Assembly: GCA_010405405.1 (NCBI GenBank)
Contig: MU004231.1
Span: 1,619,784-1,683,783, forward strand
Length of the DNA stretch: 64,000 nt
Source: Microthyrium microscopicum
Lineage: Eukaryota
Direction: 5' to 3'
The position numbers were made by a program, and so were the translations under genes. Positions 22,967 through 34,666 of this stretch are shown one piece after another. The first letter of the stretch is position 1, and each line of letters begins with the position of its first letter. The notes beneath the pieces were generated by a model. It was not told the origin of the DNA, did not search any database, and was given only the letters and a program-made list of their open reading frames with translations.

Positions 22967-25214
22967 ATGTCGAATCCAAAATTTCATCCGTTGGATGCGC
23001 TCAATGGCGTCGATATTTCCAGTGCATCTGCACTTGTCAAACAGAGATATGGCTCTGTGCCATTGAGATTCAAAGACGCGGAAGTTGTTGAGCCACCTAA
23101 AGCAGAACTCATTCCTTTCTTGGAAGCGGAGCGAAAAGGACTTGATGGATCCGCACTTCCAGCAGCACCACCACGCATTATCAGCTTGACATTTCATCCA
23201 CAAGACACCAAAGTCTTTGCCGAAGCTATTGTTAATGTAGACTCTAAGGAGATTCTCTCAATCAAACAATTGGGCGATATTCAAGGGCCTATTGACATGG
23301 ATGAGTACAAGGATGTGGAAATGGCTTGTTTAAAGCACCCAACAGTTCTCGCAGAGGTAGAAAAGATGAAACTCCCAACCGGCACAAAGATCATTTGCGA
23401 ACCTTGGATTTACGGAACGGATGATGCGAACGAGAAAAGAAGGTTGGTCCAGTGTTACATGTAAGTCCTCATTGCTTCTGATCTCCCCTTTTGAGCCCTT
23501 CTTAATTCTACATTTGAAGGTACGTCGCGACCAGTGATCATCCGGAGTCCAACTTCTACTCTTTGCCTTGTACTTTTGCTCCAGTATTTGATCTCCAAAG
23601 TTTGGAATGCGTACGCATTGATCATCTCCCCACAGGCAAGGACCACTCAACTCAGGAAGTTCAGCCCTGGAAAGCGGTTGAGCCTGTAGAGTACGCAGAG
23701 GATCTGATCAAAGAACCAATCAGAAGTGATCTCAAGCCCTTGATCGTTACGCAACCAAAAGGAGCCTCGTTCACCGTTGAGGGGGAACGAATCAAGTGGC
23801 AGAAGTGGGACTTTCGTTTGAGTTACAACTGGAGAGAGGGACCGGTTCTGAATAACATTCTTTACGACAACCGAAGTACATTCCACAGGATTTCTCTGTC
23901 AGAGATGACCGTCCCTTACGCAGATCCTCGTGCGCCCTACCACCGCAAGCAGGCATTTGATTTAGGAGATTTTGGGATTGGACTCACTGCCAACGAATTG
24001 ACGTTGGGGTGTGACTGTTTAGGTAGGAACGATTTTGTCTATTTCTCAAGCTTTTACTAACCCTGGATTCATAGGCCATATCAAATACTTGGATGCTTTC
24101 CGAGTCAACGCCCATGGAGAACCGGTCAAGATGCAGAACGTTATGTGCATACATGAGCAGGATGCGGGCATTGGCTGGAAGCACACCAACCATCGCAACG
24201 GAATTGCCACTGTAGTACGAAATCGCCAATTGGTCATACAGACGATATGCACACTCGCCAACTACGAGTACATTGTTGCCTACATCTTTGACCAGGCTGG
24301 TAGTAAGTTCTAGTAGACTTACCATGTTCTATAAACTCATACTAACGCGCTCAAGGTATCCATATGGAGCTTCGTGCGACAGGAATACTCTCAACCACGC
24401 CCATTGTGCCAGGACTGGATAATCCTTGGTCAACCACTGTTGCTCCTGGAGTCGCAGCGCCCTATCACCAACACATATTTTGCTTGAGAATTGACCCGGC
24501 CATAGATGGGCGCCAGAACACGGTCGTCTACGAGGATTCTTTGCCTATGCCTGTTGACGATATGAATCCGTACAAAGTTGGCTACATGACCAAACAGACG
24601 CGAATCTCGCATTCTCAGGGGTTTAGCGATTCATTAGAGAGTGGGCGCGTTGTCAAGATCGAGAATCCCAACATCAGGAACACGATTTCGATGCATCCTG
24701 TTTCGTACAAGTTACACGCACATCGCAGTCAAATGCTCTTGATGCATCCAGACTCCATCAACACACAGAGAGCTGGCTTTGCAACAAAGCCGTTTTGGGT
24801 CACCAAGTTCTCTGAGGGCGAATTGTACGCCGCCGGTCGATGGACCAATCAATCTCATGCTAGCACCGGCGTCGATGAATGGGTGAAGCGAAACGACTCT
24901 ACAGAGAACGAAGACATTGTTCTTTGGCACACTTTTGGATTGACCCATAACCCGAGGCCTGAAGATTTTCCCGTCATGGTAAGAACCCCTTCGTCTGCCA
25001 TCTTCCTTACGGGCAATGAATTAAGCACATACTGACGTTTTAGCCTGCCGAGATCATCACAGTGTCCTTGAAGCCAAGCAGCTTCTTCAATCTGAATCCA
25101 GCAAACGACGTGGCTAGGAGCAGCCAACAACAGAATAAAAGTGTGCTTCATGAAGACAGGTCGGTTATAGTGGTGAACGGCAATGGAAGAGCAAACGCCG
25201 AATGCTGTTCATAG
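22967..25214 (+). CDS. Copper-containing (TPQ) amine oxidase
   Basis: HPLD N-terminus, SLSEMTVPY, AFDLG (catalytic Asp), LGCDCLG, TLANYEY (TPQ site), HQH and THNPRPEDFPVM copper ligands. 4 introns. Confidence 0.95.
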
Positions 25215-26153
25215 CCCTTACCGCTGGTTGGACCTTTTTGTCTAGTTGTGGTATTCCTGTCATTACAAAACAAATTCTTTCTTGACTCGGGTGCGAACAC
25301 CTTCGATCGTAGGCCAGCCATGTATCGACAACTCTTAATTATCGAGTTTGCAAACTTCAAGTTGCTGAAGGTTTAGTCGATATTTCGTTATTGAGTCCTT
25401 GAGCACACCTTTGTAATCTACAATAGCTGGGCTGAAACTAGCAGAAATGCATGATATCACGGCTCGATTCCTACTATAGCGGGCGACGGGGGTCAGTGAA
25501 AATGATAATGGGAGAACCCTTCTTGGAAAGAGCGACCATATGTTATTAAAGGGACGTAGAAGATATATTTCAATAAGTAATTCTTTCTAATCTATGTCTT
25601 TAGCCTACCTAGTATCTAGAGGTCTAAAAGCATCTCCAATACTTGTACCATAGTCTTACCTAAAGGTTTCTCCCTTTATCATTTCCTCTACTGCTCTCGA
25701 AATAAAACAAACAAATATTATCCTTGGAGATGATCCTTGATGCTGCTTAGAATGGGATGGGTAGCGCACGTATGGAGGCGTGCCCTTGATCCTGTCAACC
25801 TGATCAAAGGATGCACTTGATCAATAAATGATAGACACAAGGATCTGCTACATCGCTGCCTGTGCCGAATCCTGCGGGATCCGTATATTCTGCGTAGTCA
25901 GGGCGCAGTTACATCTCAGTCTAGGACATTCAGTCACGATGAGAGGCATTGTTTGGTCTACTAATTATAGGACAAGGCAGAACAATGCTCCAATGTTCAT
26001 ATAAAATAGGTTGCCGTGTTCTACTGTTCTCATAAAATATCAAAACCACTTCATACCAAACACCTTCATATAAGCCAGAGCCTCAATTCATCTCCATTAC
26101 CATCAGAAATTATCTTACATCACATTGCTTATTTGTTAAGCAATTCAGCGAAG

Positions 26154-26828
26154 ATGCCTTCAATTCGCAACTCCATGGTCTTGATTGCTCTCACCTGGAC
26201 CGCATCTGCCTCGCCTCTGGAAAGTCTCAATTCCACCTCTACCACTCCAACACTCCACCGTACGACTGTAACGCCATCAACCACCTCGAAGCCCACATTA
26301 GCAGCAAACGCAGTGTACATTATAAACCGGGTAGCAAGTACCACAGCAGTGGGCAGCATTATTGGCGTCAACTCCGATACCACAACATTCAAGCTTCTTA
26401 CCGTTACCACAAGCTCCGCTGGAATCACAGAGATTTTTACACCAACAATCACCCAGGCACCAAGCTCTTATGGAGTAGAACAAGCACTGGAAACGTCTAT
26501 CGCTGGGCTAGGAAAAATTACGATGAAGGCGCGGAACGATTGCTCGGTAGGGTATTCGGCTTCTGTGGCATATCTCTATAGCTGCTCGGTTACGATGGCA
26601 ATGGGTGGAGATGTACCAGCAGCAGCGAGCACACTTTTGTCTTCTATGGTCTCGGCAGAAAACAGTGTTGCGGCTACGGGGACTATAGGACCATTGGTGA
26701 CTTTGCTTGCGAAACCAGCTGATCAGAAGAATTCGGCTGGATTATCTGTCCGTCTTTCGTTGCGCGATGCTTCACTGATTACTTTGGGTCCGTTGGTTGT
26801 CGGAGCTATGATGAATTTAGCATTCTAG
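26154..26828 (+). CDS. Ser/Thr-rich secreted, probably GPI-anchored cell-surface protein
   Basis: Signal peptide, S/T-rich body, two Cys, KNSAG omega-like site and a hydrophobic C-terminus. Confidence 0.8.
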   Translation: MPSIRNSMVLIALTWTASASPLESLNSTSTTPTLHRTTVTPSTTSKPTLAANAVYIINRVASTTAVGSIIGVNSDTTTFKLLTVTTSSAGITEIFTPTITQAPSSYGVEQALETSIAGLGKITMKARNDCSVGYSASVAYLYSCSVTMAMGGDVPAAASTLLSSMVSAENSVAATGTIGPLVTLLAKPADQKNSAGLSVRLSLRDASLITLGPLVVGAMMNLAF

Positions 26829-27266
26829 GTTTATAATATGGACGCGCGATACAAGCAGAGATGAATCATAGATATTTACTAGGTAGCTAGATCGGAATGA
26901 TAGAATTAAAAATACAACCACTTTAGTTATTTTAGCACGCTCTTTTTTATGGTTTTCTGGCTGTGAAGCGGTTTAATTTGCTGGTTCGTTCAAAACCTAG
27001 ACATTGTTTCATTTCGGATTCTGCACCTAAGACCTGACTCCTTAGACCAAAACGATAAGTTATTTCTTTGATCTGACCACAAACTGAAATACCAAGTGAT
27101 GTTTGGGTTTAAGCAATCGCTCAACTCTTTGACCTATAATCCTACATCTTCCAACACGATAAGTGTCTAACACCATTTTTCCATTCTTCAATGAGCTTGG
27201 GAGAACATTAAAACGGTCGCTGGGTCATGCTTTACCAGTTTTTACTAGATGGATATCGCCTACCTA

Positions 27267-28049
27267 TTATAGACCATCACCATTCATAAGTCTGAACGCA
27301 GAAGGATTCCATGGAGAGACAGAAGCTTCAGGTGTCAGTGGAGCACCGGCAACAGACTGTTCATCATCCTCTTTGAAGCTTGATACATCTTTCAGACCTT
27401 GATTCATGCGCGAAGAGTTTGGGATGCCAGCCATCATGAATCGAGCAGGTCGAGGAGGAACCCGGGGCGTCTTTCCTTTCTTATTGGCGTCTACCACTAG
27501 CTGATGCCAAAGCAGTGGTTTGTACTCCTGCGGCGTAGACTCCCAGCCATTCTCATTATCATAATCATCATCATCATCATCATCATCGAGGACCGCACTT
27601 TCATTGTCTGTGTCATTGCTGTAACCAATCACGGGCCGCTCGAAATGAGGCAGAGGAGGACCCAATCCGACAGGGTAAGCGGGTACATTGAAGTTGTGGA
27701 GGTGCTTATTGTCCATGTTATCAATGCATTTTCCAATGGTCAACAACTGCTTGCGCGGAATCGAGGATTCCAAAGAAGCTGTTAGCGGCCAGTTTGGCCA
27801 TGCCGTGCGGTGAATAGTGGCATCTTCTGGCAAGTCAACCTCATTGAAATATGGTACAAAGCACATGGCAATGGGCAACTCATCCTCCTTTCGGTGTTGA
27901 CACGTCTTTCGCATGATACCATGATCCTCATCGTATATCATGCGCTTATGAGGAATATTGATTGGGCGAGTTGCCGATTCCGTATACTCAGGCTCACCAG
28001 TTTCGACCATATCAGCCCATCGGATGGTAGTTCCGCTTCGTCGTGGCAT
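27267..28049 (-). CDS. Hypothetical protein with poly-Asp tract
   Basis: ~260-aa ORF from ATG 28049. An (ATC)8 microsatellite at ~27564-27587 encodes the Asp run. No recognised domain. Confidence 0.55.
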   Translation of the reverse strand: MPRRSGTTIRWADMVETGEPEYTESATRPINIPHKRMIYDEDHGIMRKTCQHRKEDELPIAMCFVPYFNEVDLPEDATIHRTAWPNWPLTASLESSIPRKQLLTIGKCIDNMDNKHLHNFNVPAYPVGLGPPLPHFERPVIGYSNDTDNESAVLDDDDDDDDYDNENGWESTPQEYKPLLWHQLVVDANKKGKTPRVPPRPARFMMAGIPNSSRMNQGLKDVSSFKEDDEQSVAGAPLTPEASVSPWNPSAFRLMNGDGL

Positions 28050-28621
28050 TTTAGGAGATGCTACTGTACGCGATGATGGGATTGGGAGAGACGGTTGTGA
28101 AAAGATTGAAGGACAGTTACTGCTGTAAAGATTCTTGACTGCAATTTTGAGAGAGCACCACCGATTAATGAGGCCTTTGAAAGGTCTACATAACGGCATT
28201 GTAAATCTACAATAGCTCTGTTGGAACATGCACAAAGAGCTCCTGTGCTGAGCAAGGAAATTATAAAGGTATTGTCCCAAATCTGCACAAAGAAATAGAA
28301 GGGGGCTGACATTAACTGCGAGGTCACCAGCAGATGAGTGACAAAGACCTTATTTGCATACTATCGATCAACACCAAAGACATGGTCACTGAACCTGGGA
28401 AGCATATACAGTTTATGTTTTTGTGAGTTGACCGCTGATTTGGGGTTCCAAATCATATATATGCTCCAATATGATGAACAAACTTCACTTTTACTAGATC
28501 ACAAAATTCCCAACAAAGCTTATGAGCAAGAGATTCTGACGATTAACTCCGAATTACTTGTCACCAATCTCGTAACCATCTATAAAACACCTAACAGCAA
28601 GGACTATTTGCCTGCTACACA

Positions 28622-29275
28622 ATGTCCAATTCTGGACACTCTGCTAATACAAATGGAGCACCCATTACTCCACCGGTTACACCAGGCAAAACGCGCCAAA
28701 CCGTGGTGATCAGGCAGATCCAGGATTCCAATGGTAGACTATTGCCCTATCACGAACGTAAAGAGCTCCTTGGTGAGTGCGCAGTTGATGCTGACAATAT
28801 CAATGCCAACGACCAAGCCGAGCCAATTAATTTGGCAGGCAGAGGGTTCCTTTTCAAATCAGTTGTCAAGGGTGTCAAATTTATCAAAGGCAACAAATAT
28901 GCCCAAAAAGCACTCGACACCACTGTCGCCCGTCAAATCAAGACGGTCACTGATAAAGTTCAGGCTACAGCGCTTGCCATTAAAAATCTTGGTCCCGACC
29001 CTGTGCACTGGCTCGACGTCGATAACTCTATATTGGGCAGCAACCATCAGGGCTCCGACGAATTTGAGGTTATCGATACTGAAACTGTTGATCAAAAAGT
29101 CCCAGCACCCGATGATGAGTGGGAAGTGGTCGACAAGCCCGCCCCCGACCCTCTGGAAGGAATCAGCATCTGGGACCCTCGCCATCCATACTATGAGGAG
29201 AACAACCCTTACTGGACTCCTGAAGAAGAGTTCGCCTTTTATGATGCCAAGATAAAACTCCCAGGAAACATCTGA
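28622..29275 (+). CDS. Hypothetical protein (217 aa, acidic C-terminus)
   Basis: Good start context (CACAATG), uninterrupted ORF, protein-like composition. No recognised domain. Confidence 0.65.
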   Translation: MSNSGHSANTNGAPITPPVTPGKTRQTVVIRQIQDSNGRLLPYHERKELLGECAVDADNINANDQAEPINLAGRGFLFKSVVKGVKFIKGNKYAQKALDTTVARQIKTVTDKVQATALAIKNLGPDPVHWLDVDNSILGSNHQGSDEFEVIDTETVDQKVPAPDDEWEVVDKPAPDPLEGISIWDPRHPYYEENNPYWTPEEEFAFYDAKIKLPGNI

Positions 29276-29988
29276 AAGCCTCAACGACAGGAGAGGTATG
29301 GTTGAGGATTTCGTTCGCTACCGCATTTCTTTAGTTTTGGCGTTTGGAGACTTTATTTTATGCTTGTAATTCGAAATATATTCTTTTCATTTCCCAATAA
29401 TTTTTTCTACTGAAACTGTGATGCTAACCTGAACCGCAGATGGTGCACATTGTGCGTATCGTTACATCAAACACTATGAATTTGTGCAAAATGGCGTAAC
29501 AACATTAGCTACATAACAATTTCACAAGTTAGTCTTTCTAAAAAACCTTGTCTAGTGACAAGCCTATGATCTCTTGACCTTAACAATGAAATATGCCTAC
29601 TTCTGTACCTGTACTTGGTTTATTTTTGGAGGCTCCGTGATGTGAAGTTGCGCGGTATAAGGCTGCCAAGGCGAGGCTGGAAATGCTGTGAGATTTGATT
29701 GGTGGACTTAATTCTACCACGACGCGTCTCTTTCTCCTCCATCATAACAGTGAATCGTCTGGTTGTATCTGTTTACGACTGCTCGCAACGCCTGTCATTT
29801 TGCTTGATGCATCTTATCTATCCAAGGCGATACACTAGCACGATGCCTCGCCTGCGCCCTTGCTGCGGACCAATATTGCTGTCGTCGTTTGACCTGCCGA
29901 CTTGACGCTCAAGACACTTTGATCGATCTAGAGCGAGGAAGGCTAGCCACTTCAAAATTGATGAGAATCGAAGGATGCAGAACTCGAA

Positions 29989-31278
29989 CTAAAGATCTCC
30001 TTCACGTTTATTCTCAGACGGCCATCTATACTCTGGGATCGGAAACGATTCTGAACTCGCAAAGCCTGCCGCAAGATACTTCGAAACGAATTCAACCAGG
30101 CCAGTCCAAGCAATGAAGGCAAAGATGTGGTTCCGAAACCATATACCCCAAGCCGTCTGAGGTGCTATAAATGATGTTACAATCGGTGGGATCTTCTGAA
30201 AAGTCTTGATAAGTGGCCGCATGTTCTCCTCATAGGCTTGAAGACCAGCTTCAATATCCCCGGGATGCTTTGCGACCTCGCCAGCCAAAATGTATGCACC
30301 GGCAAGAGCCAGGCTTGTACCGCCACCTGTTGGTCCAGCTGCGTAGCCCGCATCGCCAACTAGCACGACGCGTCCATTGTGTAGGCTAGGTAGCTTGACC
30401 TGGACAATCTCGCTGCCATAGAAGTCGTCTGAGTACATCATTTGCTGCATTGCGGCATCAGCTTTCCAGCCAACGCCTTCGTAGTGTTTGGCTAGATGTT
30501 TCTTCAGCGCATCGTCGCCTTTTGCTGAGGCCTCTCGAAATGGTGGCGTCGTGCCAGGGTATTCTTTTGGATGTGTACCCATCAACATTATTCGAGAAAA
30601 CCCTTCTGGATCCGTTCCAATGCTTATGTTGCGTCCTCCAACTGCGTTGAATCCCTGGCCGATCTTGCTCCCTTTGAGAAGATCCTCTTTGATCGAAAAG
30701 TAGGCTGCCCAAAGTCTAGTTGGAAAGATATGATCTCGGACACCACACCCAAAACCCATAGCTCTCGTTCTTGAACCCGCCCCATCACATCCAACTACAA
30801 GATCAAAATCCGAAGTCTTCAATCCATTTGCAAACTCAACTGCGACCGGCCCATCCTTGTCGCTATCTTGCCTGATGGAAACAATCTGCTCCCCAAAGAC
30901 GTACTTGATATTGCGATCATCCTTCGTGAGATCGAAGAGAACCTTGGACAAGTTACCGCGGTATATTTCGTACTCCGATACCAGAGTCTGCTGATCAGGA
31001 TTCCCACTCGGTCGTATCGTTCCATACGGACGGCCGTCTGCGCGAACAAAACTGATACCCTCCTCTTGCACTGAATGCGCTCGCACTTGGGCTTCCATGC
31101 CTGTCATTTTTCGCATGACGGATACTCCAGCAGTGCGAATATCAATGGCCTGGCCGCCGGTTCGTAGTTCCGAGAATCGCTCGATGACTGTAACTTTGGC
31201 TCCAGCTTTGGCGAACCAGTAGGCTGTTGTTGGGCCTGCGATGGATGCGCCGACAACGAGGACTTTCAGTCCAGACAT
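29989..31278 (-). CDS. FAD-dependent monooxygenase/oxidoreductase (FAD_binding_3 type)
   Basis: Intronless 429 aa with VVGASIAG, DLVVGCDGAGSRTR and VLVGDAGY...GGGTSLAL motifs. Confidence 0.93.
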   Translation of the reverse strand: MSGLKVLVVGASIAGPTTAYWFAKAGAKVTVIERFSELRTGGQAIDIRTAGVSVMRKMTGMEAQVRAHSVQEEGISFVRADGRPYGTIRPSGNPDQQTLVSEYEIYRGNLSKVLFDLTKDDRNIKYVFGEQIVSIRQDSDKDGPVAVEFANGLKTSDFDLVVGCDGAGSRTRAMGFGCGVRDHIFPTRLWAAYFSIKEDLLKGSKIGQGFNAVGGRNISIGTDPEGFSRIMLMGTHPKEYPGTTPPFREASAKGDDALKKHLAKHYEGVGWKADAAMQQMMYSDDFYGSEIVQVKLPSLHNGRVVLVGDAGYAAGPTGGGTSLALAGAYILAGEVAKHPGDIEAGLQAYEENMRPLIKTFQKIPPIVTSFIAPQTAWGIWFRNHIFAFIAWTGLVEFVSKYLAAGFASSESFPIPEYRWPSENKREGDL

Positions 31279-31809
31279 CTTGATGGCGATAGGCGAAGAA
31301 TGATCTTAGGTCGAATGCGAACCAAATGTTACTGCTGAGTGGGTTGTGTTCCGAGCGATTTCAAGAGCGTGGTTGTTGACGAGATGCAGATAACAAAGAC
31401 ATGAGTATAAGCATTTCACAGCTGACCAACCCCATTATATATACATTCTGAACCACCTGTGGCTCTAGAGTAGATATTCGAACTATTTCTCTTCAACATG
31501 GAAGTTTTGAGCAAAGTTTCTTGATGAGGCTCAAAAACGCGTCATACAACTGGCTCGGACATTAGAAAAATCCGCGACGGGATCATCTAGAATCCGAGAC
31601 AAGATTGCCTCCAAACCTTGCATCAAAACCATCAACAACCAATTTTCACGATATACTGAACTCAGAACGACTTCACCTCTTTTTCTGCCAAGGTCAAAGC
31701 TCAGCTGCAACGTTCTTAAGCTTTGAATTCTGGACGTATTCGCCTCATGTAAGCATTCTAGTCTAGAACATCCAGGGCGCACATCGATTGGGTGAGAACA
31801 CCAGGCTAA

Positions 31810-31825
31810 CCCCGCAAATACGGGG
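31810..31825. promoter_or_regulatory. Candidate Zn2Cys6 site CCCCG-N6-CGGGG in a divergent promoter
   Basis: Perfect 5-bp inverted arms (CCCCGCAAATACGGGG) between the divergent monooxygenase and questin-oxidase-like genes. Confidence 0.35.
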
Positions 31826-31972
31826 ATGCTTATTCAATGATCTGCATTGTACATGTGTGATGCATCTATGATGTATAACGGTCACTAGCATATAAGGTCA
31901 GAACAACGACTGTTCAAATCGATGAAGTTTCCATTCTCTGATATCGTGATAGAGTGAGTCTATTGAATCAAC

Positions 31973-33355
31973 ATGGCCAGTCCTTCGACGATCGATATTG
32001 TTGGCTCAAAGCCTGTATTTGGTGTTAAGAGTATTGCAGACGGTGCTGCGAAGAAAGCTTCCGAGTTGTTGCAGGAAAATCATGAGTTACATCATATCTT
32101 TTTCAATGATCAAGGTTTCCACGTAAGGCTCACGACATACCATCCGAAAAGAGTAAACTAATGAGCTTAGAACCATATCGTACACCACATCCTCAGTCTC
32201 TATGCTCTCGGCGCTAGTCCAGAATTACTGAAGACCATGTACGATGAGAACGCCAACTACCAACGACCGGCCATGAAAGAAGAGAAGAAAGTCGTCCAAG
32301 CAATGCATGATCCAGCCAAGTTCAAAGAGTGTCTCGGCGATGAAAACCACTACACAGACTACCTCGTCTTCTTCCAGGATGAAATGACGACCAAAGGCTG
32401 GGAAAATGTCATCAACGAATACCTTTTCGCGGACAACGACCTCTCCAACGACCTGCTCGTTCGCACATTCTCCGGCTTTCTCCATCCCTTGATCCATCTC
32501 GGCTTTGGTATCGAATACTCGCAGCCAGCCATTATCGCTGAAGCCCTTGCTGAGGCTTGCGTTCACAGCACCTGGATCACACCCCTATATATCAAATCCG
32601 AAGAGCTCGCTAACGCCCACAAGACCACCGGCAAATCGACCAAATCCCTTATGGCCATCCTCGCCGACATGCAATCCGATCAAGCGCTCATCGACAGCAC
32701 ACACTTCGACGACTCCAATAAAATCCGTGATGGTATCCTCGCCCGCGCACCAGACACCATGATTAACCACGCCAGCAACTACTTCATCAAAGACGCTTCA
32801 GAACTTTCCATGCGGACCGCAGAAATGGTGCACTTCGCCAACTACTTCACCATGGCAGCCCAACGCGCTGACAAACACCCAAAAGTTGATTTCTTCTACA
32901 TGCATTGTGCCAACAGCAGTATTTTCTTCCCACGTTTCCTGGAACTCAATTGGCTAAGCGATGCCTCCAAGATCAGACTACTTGAGTGGAAGGCACGCTC
33001 GGATCTAGCGCTTTATGCGTCACGTCATGTGCCGATATTAGATGTTCAAGAAATTGCGCGTTATACGCCCAAGGAGGCAGTGTCTGGCGATCCGTGGGCG
33101 AGGATCATCGAGCGTGGCATCAGTTGTCATGATGATGGCCATTCGAGCAAGTTGGTTCGGGCCCTGGCGAACGCGAAGAAGGTGTGCGTACCGTGGGAGG
33201 GGAAGGAGGAGTTGGGCTTCGTAGTGAAGGGAGATATGTGGGATTTGGCTGGGCAGATGGCCGTAGACTCTATTGATGTGGGGCCAAGGTGGATTAGGGG
33301 CGCTGGGTTTGAGGAGGCTTGGGCGGATGTGCCCGGCAGAGAAGCAAAACTGTGA
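31973..33355 (+). CDS. Questin-oxidase/HypA(AflY)-like oxidoreductase (former DUF4243) with PTS1-like C-terminus
   Basis: HHIFFN..GFH|NHIVHH.L..YALGA, GFLHPLIHLGFG.E, DFFYMH..N and DDGH..KLVRAL motifs. Intron 32123-32170. Ends in -AKL. Confidence 0.88.
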
Positions 33356-33933
33356 GATTGGCGTGTACATCTAAGTCGTAATGTTGAAGTAACACAAGGC
33401 ATAGTCTGCGACGGGACGGATTATTGTTTGCAAGGCAACAGGGCTCGCAAGATTTCTGACGGCCTGTGGATAGTGCTGGCTTTAGGTAACGAATTATAAT
33501 GTTGTAGTTCATCTGATCAGCATTGCTAGTCATCTGTTTGAAATTTTGCAACGGTCTTTTCGCTGAAAGAGTCACGATAGAGGGTTTGAAGTCGTTTGAG
33601 GTGACTGTGGGATATCTTGGTTCGTCAACAGTGAGCTTTACGTCCAACTACACTGCGAGAGTTTGGTATCATCAACGATGGCAATGACCACTTTGTTAGG
33701 TTGTGGCTCCAGCGACTGTCAAAATTGTTTATAGCTGCTGTACGGGAGCTATTATTGCGAATATACAATCGGGAAGGAACGAATGCTCGAGTAGATCTAC
33801 CTCGTGTTGCTCTTTCCATTCGTAATTTACAGGTTTTCTTCATGCTTCATACGCACACGTCGAAGTCCTCTACATCAATCTTCCTGACGCAGCCTTTTGC
33901 ATCTTTATCGCCGCCTCCCGAAACCATTTCACA

Positions 33934-34227
33934 ATGTGCTGGGGATTCAAAGAACTCAAATTAGAAGATCCTCGGGGGATTGGTCTACCTCCACCTGTAC
34001 CTGTTCCCCGACAAGTTGTCGTCCATCACCACGGTCCGCCTGTTGTTGCTCGTCCTCGTCCTCGTCGACGTACAGTCACTGTAAGTTTATCAGATTCATG
34101 TTCACCCTTGCTGCAATTCTGTTTGGCAGCAACAAGCGAAATGAGCGTCACTTGAAGATTTTCTCGTCTTCCTAAAGTTCAGAGTGGCGATAGAGTTGTC
34201 TGGGAGTCTGCCTATAAGCTGATGTAG
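33934..34227 (+). CDS. Possible small Pro/Arg-rich protein (~63 aa, 2 exons) or uORF
   Basis: CACAATG start, GTAAGT donor at 34081 and a candidate acceptor at 34182 give MCWGF...RTVT-SGDRVVWESAYKLM*. Confidence 0.35.
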
Positions 34228-34666
34228 GCAAGAGCGTTTGGTCATGGTTTCCGTTCCTGCCTCAACTACACCGGCTCTGGTATTCGTACCTTCCCTTCCC
34301 ATACACAATCACCTTGCTCCTTCCACCTTGCACGCCCTAGACAATTGCTCCTTCCCTTGGCGTCTAGCGTCTATTCAACCGGATTCATTACGTCAAATTC
34401 AGCCTGGTGCGACTTCATCAAGCCCCCCGCATCACAGCATCGCAGATAAAGCCATCAAACTTGCTCACTTTCCTCCTTCTATCCAAAATCTCTCCTCCTA
34501 CATTCATCTGCTCGTCACCCTTTCATCCATCTTTCATCTTCACACCATTCTTGCTACACGACTGTGGCTTTGCTCTCCACCTCGAATTTCCGTAGTTTTC
34601 TTCAGCACATCGTTGATCCATCACTGCACCCATTCACTGCGCCTATCCATCTTTGAGCCATCAAAC

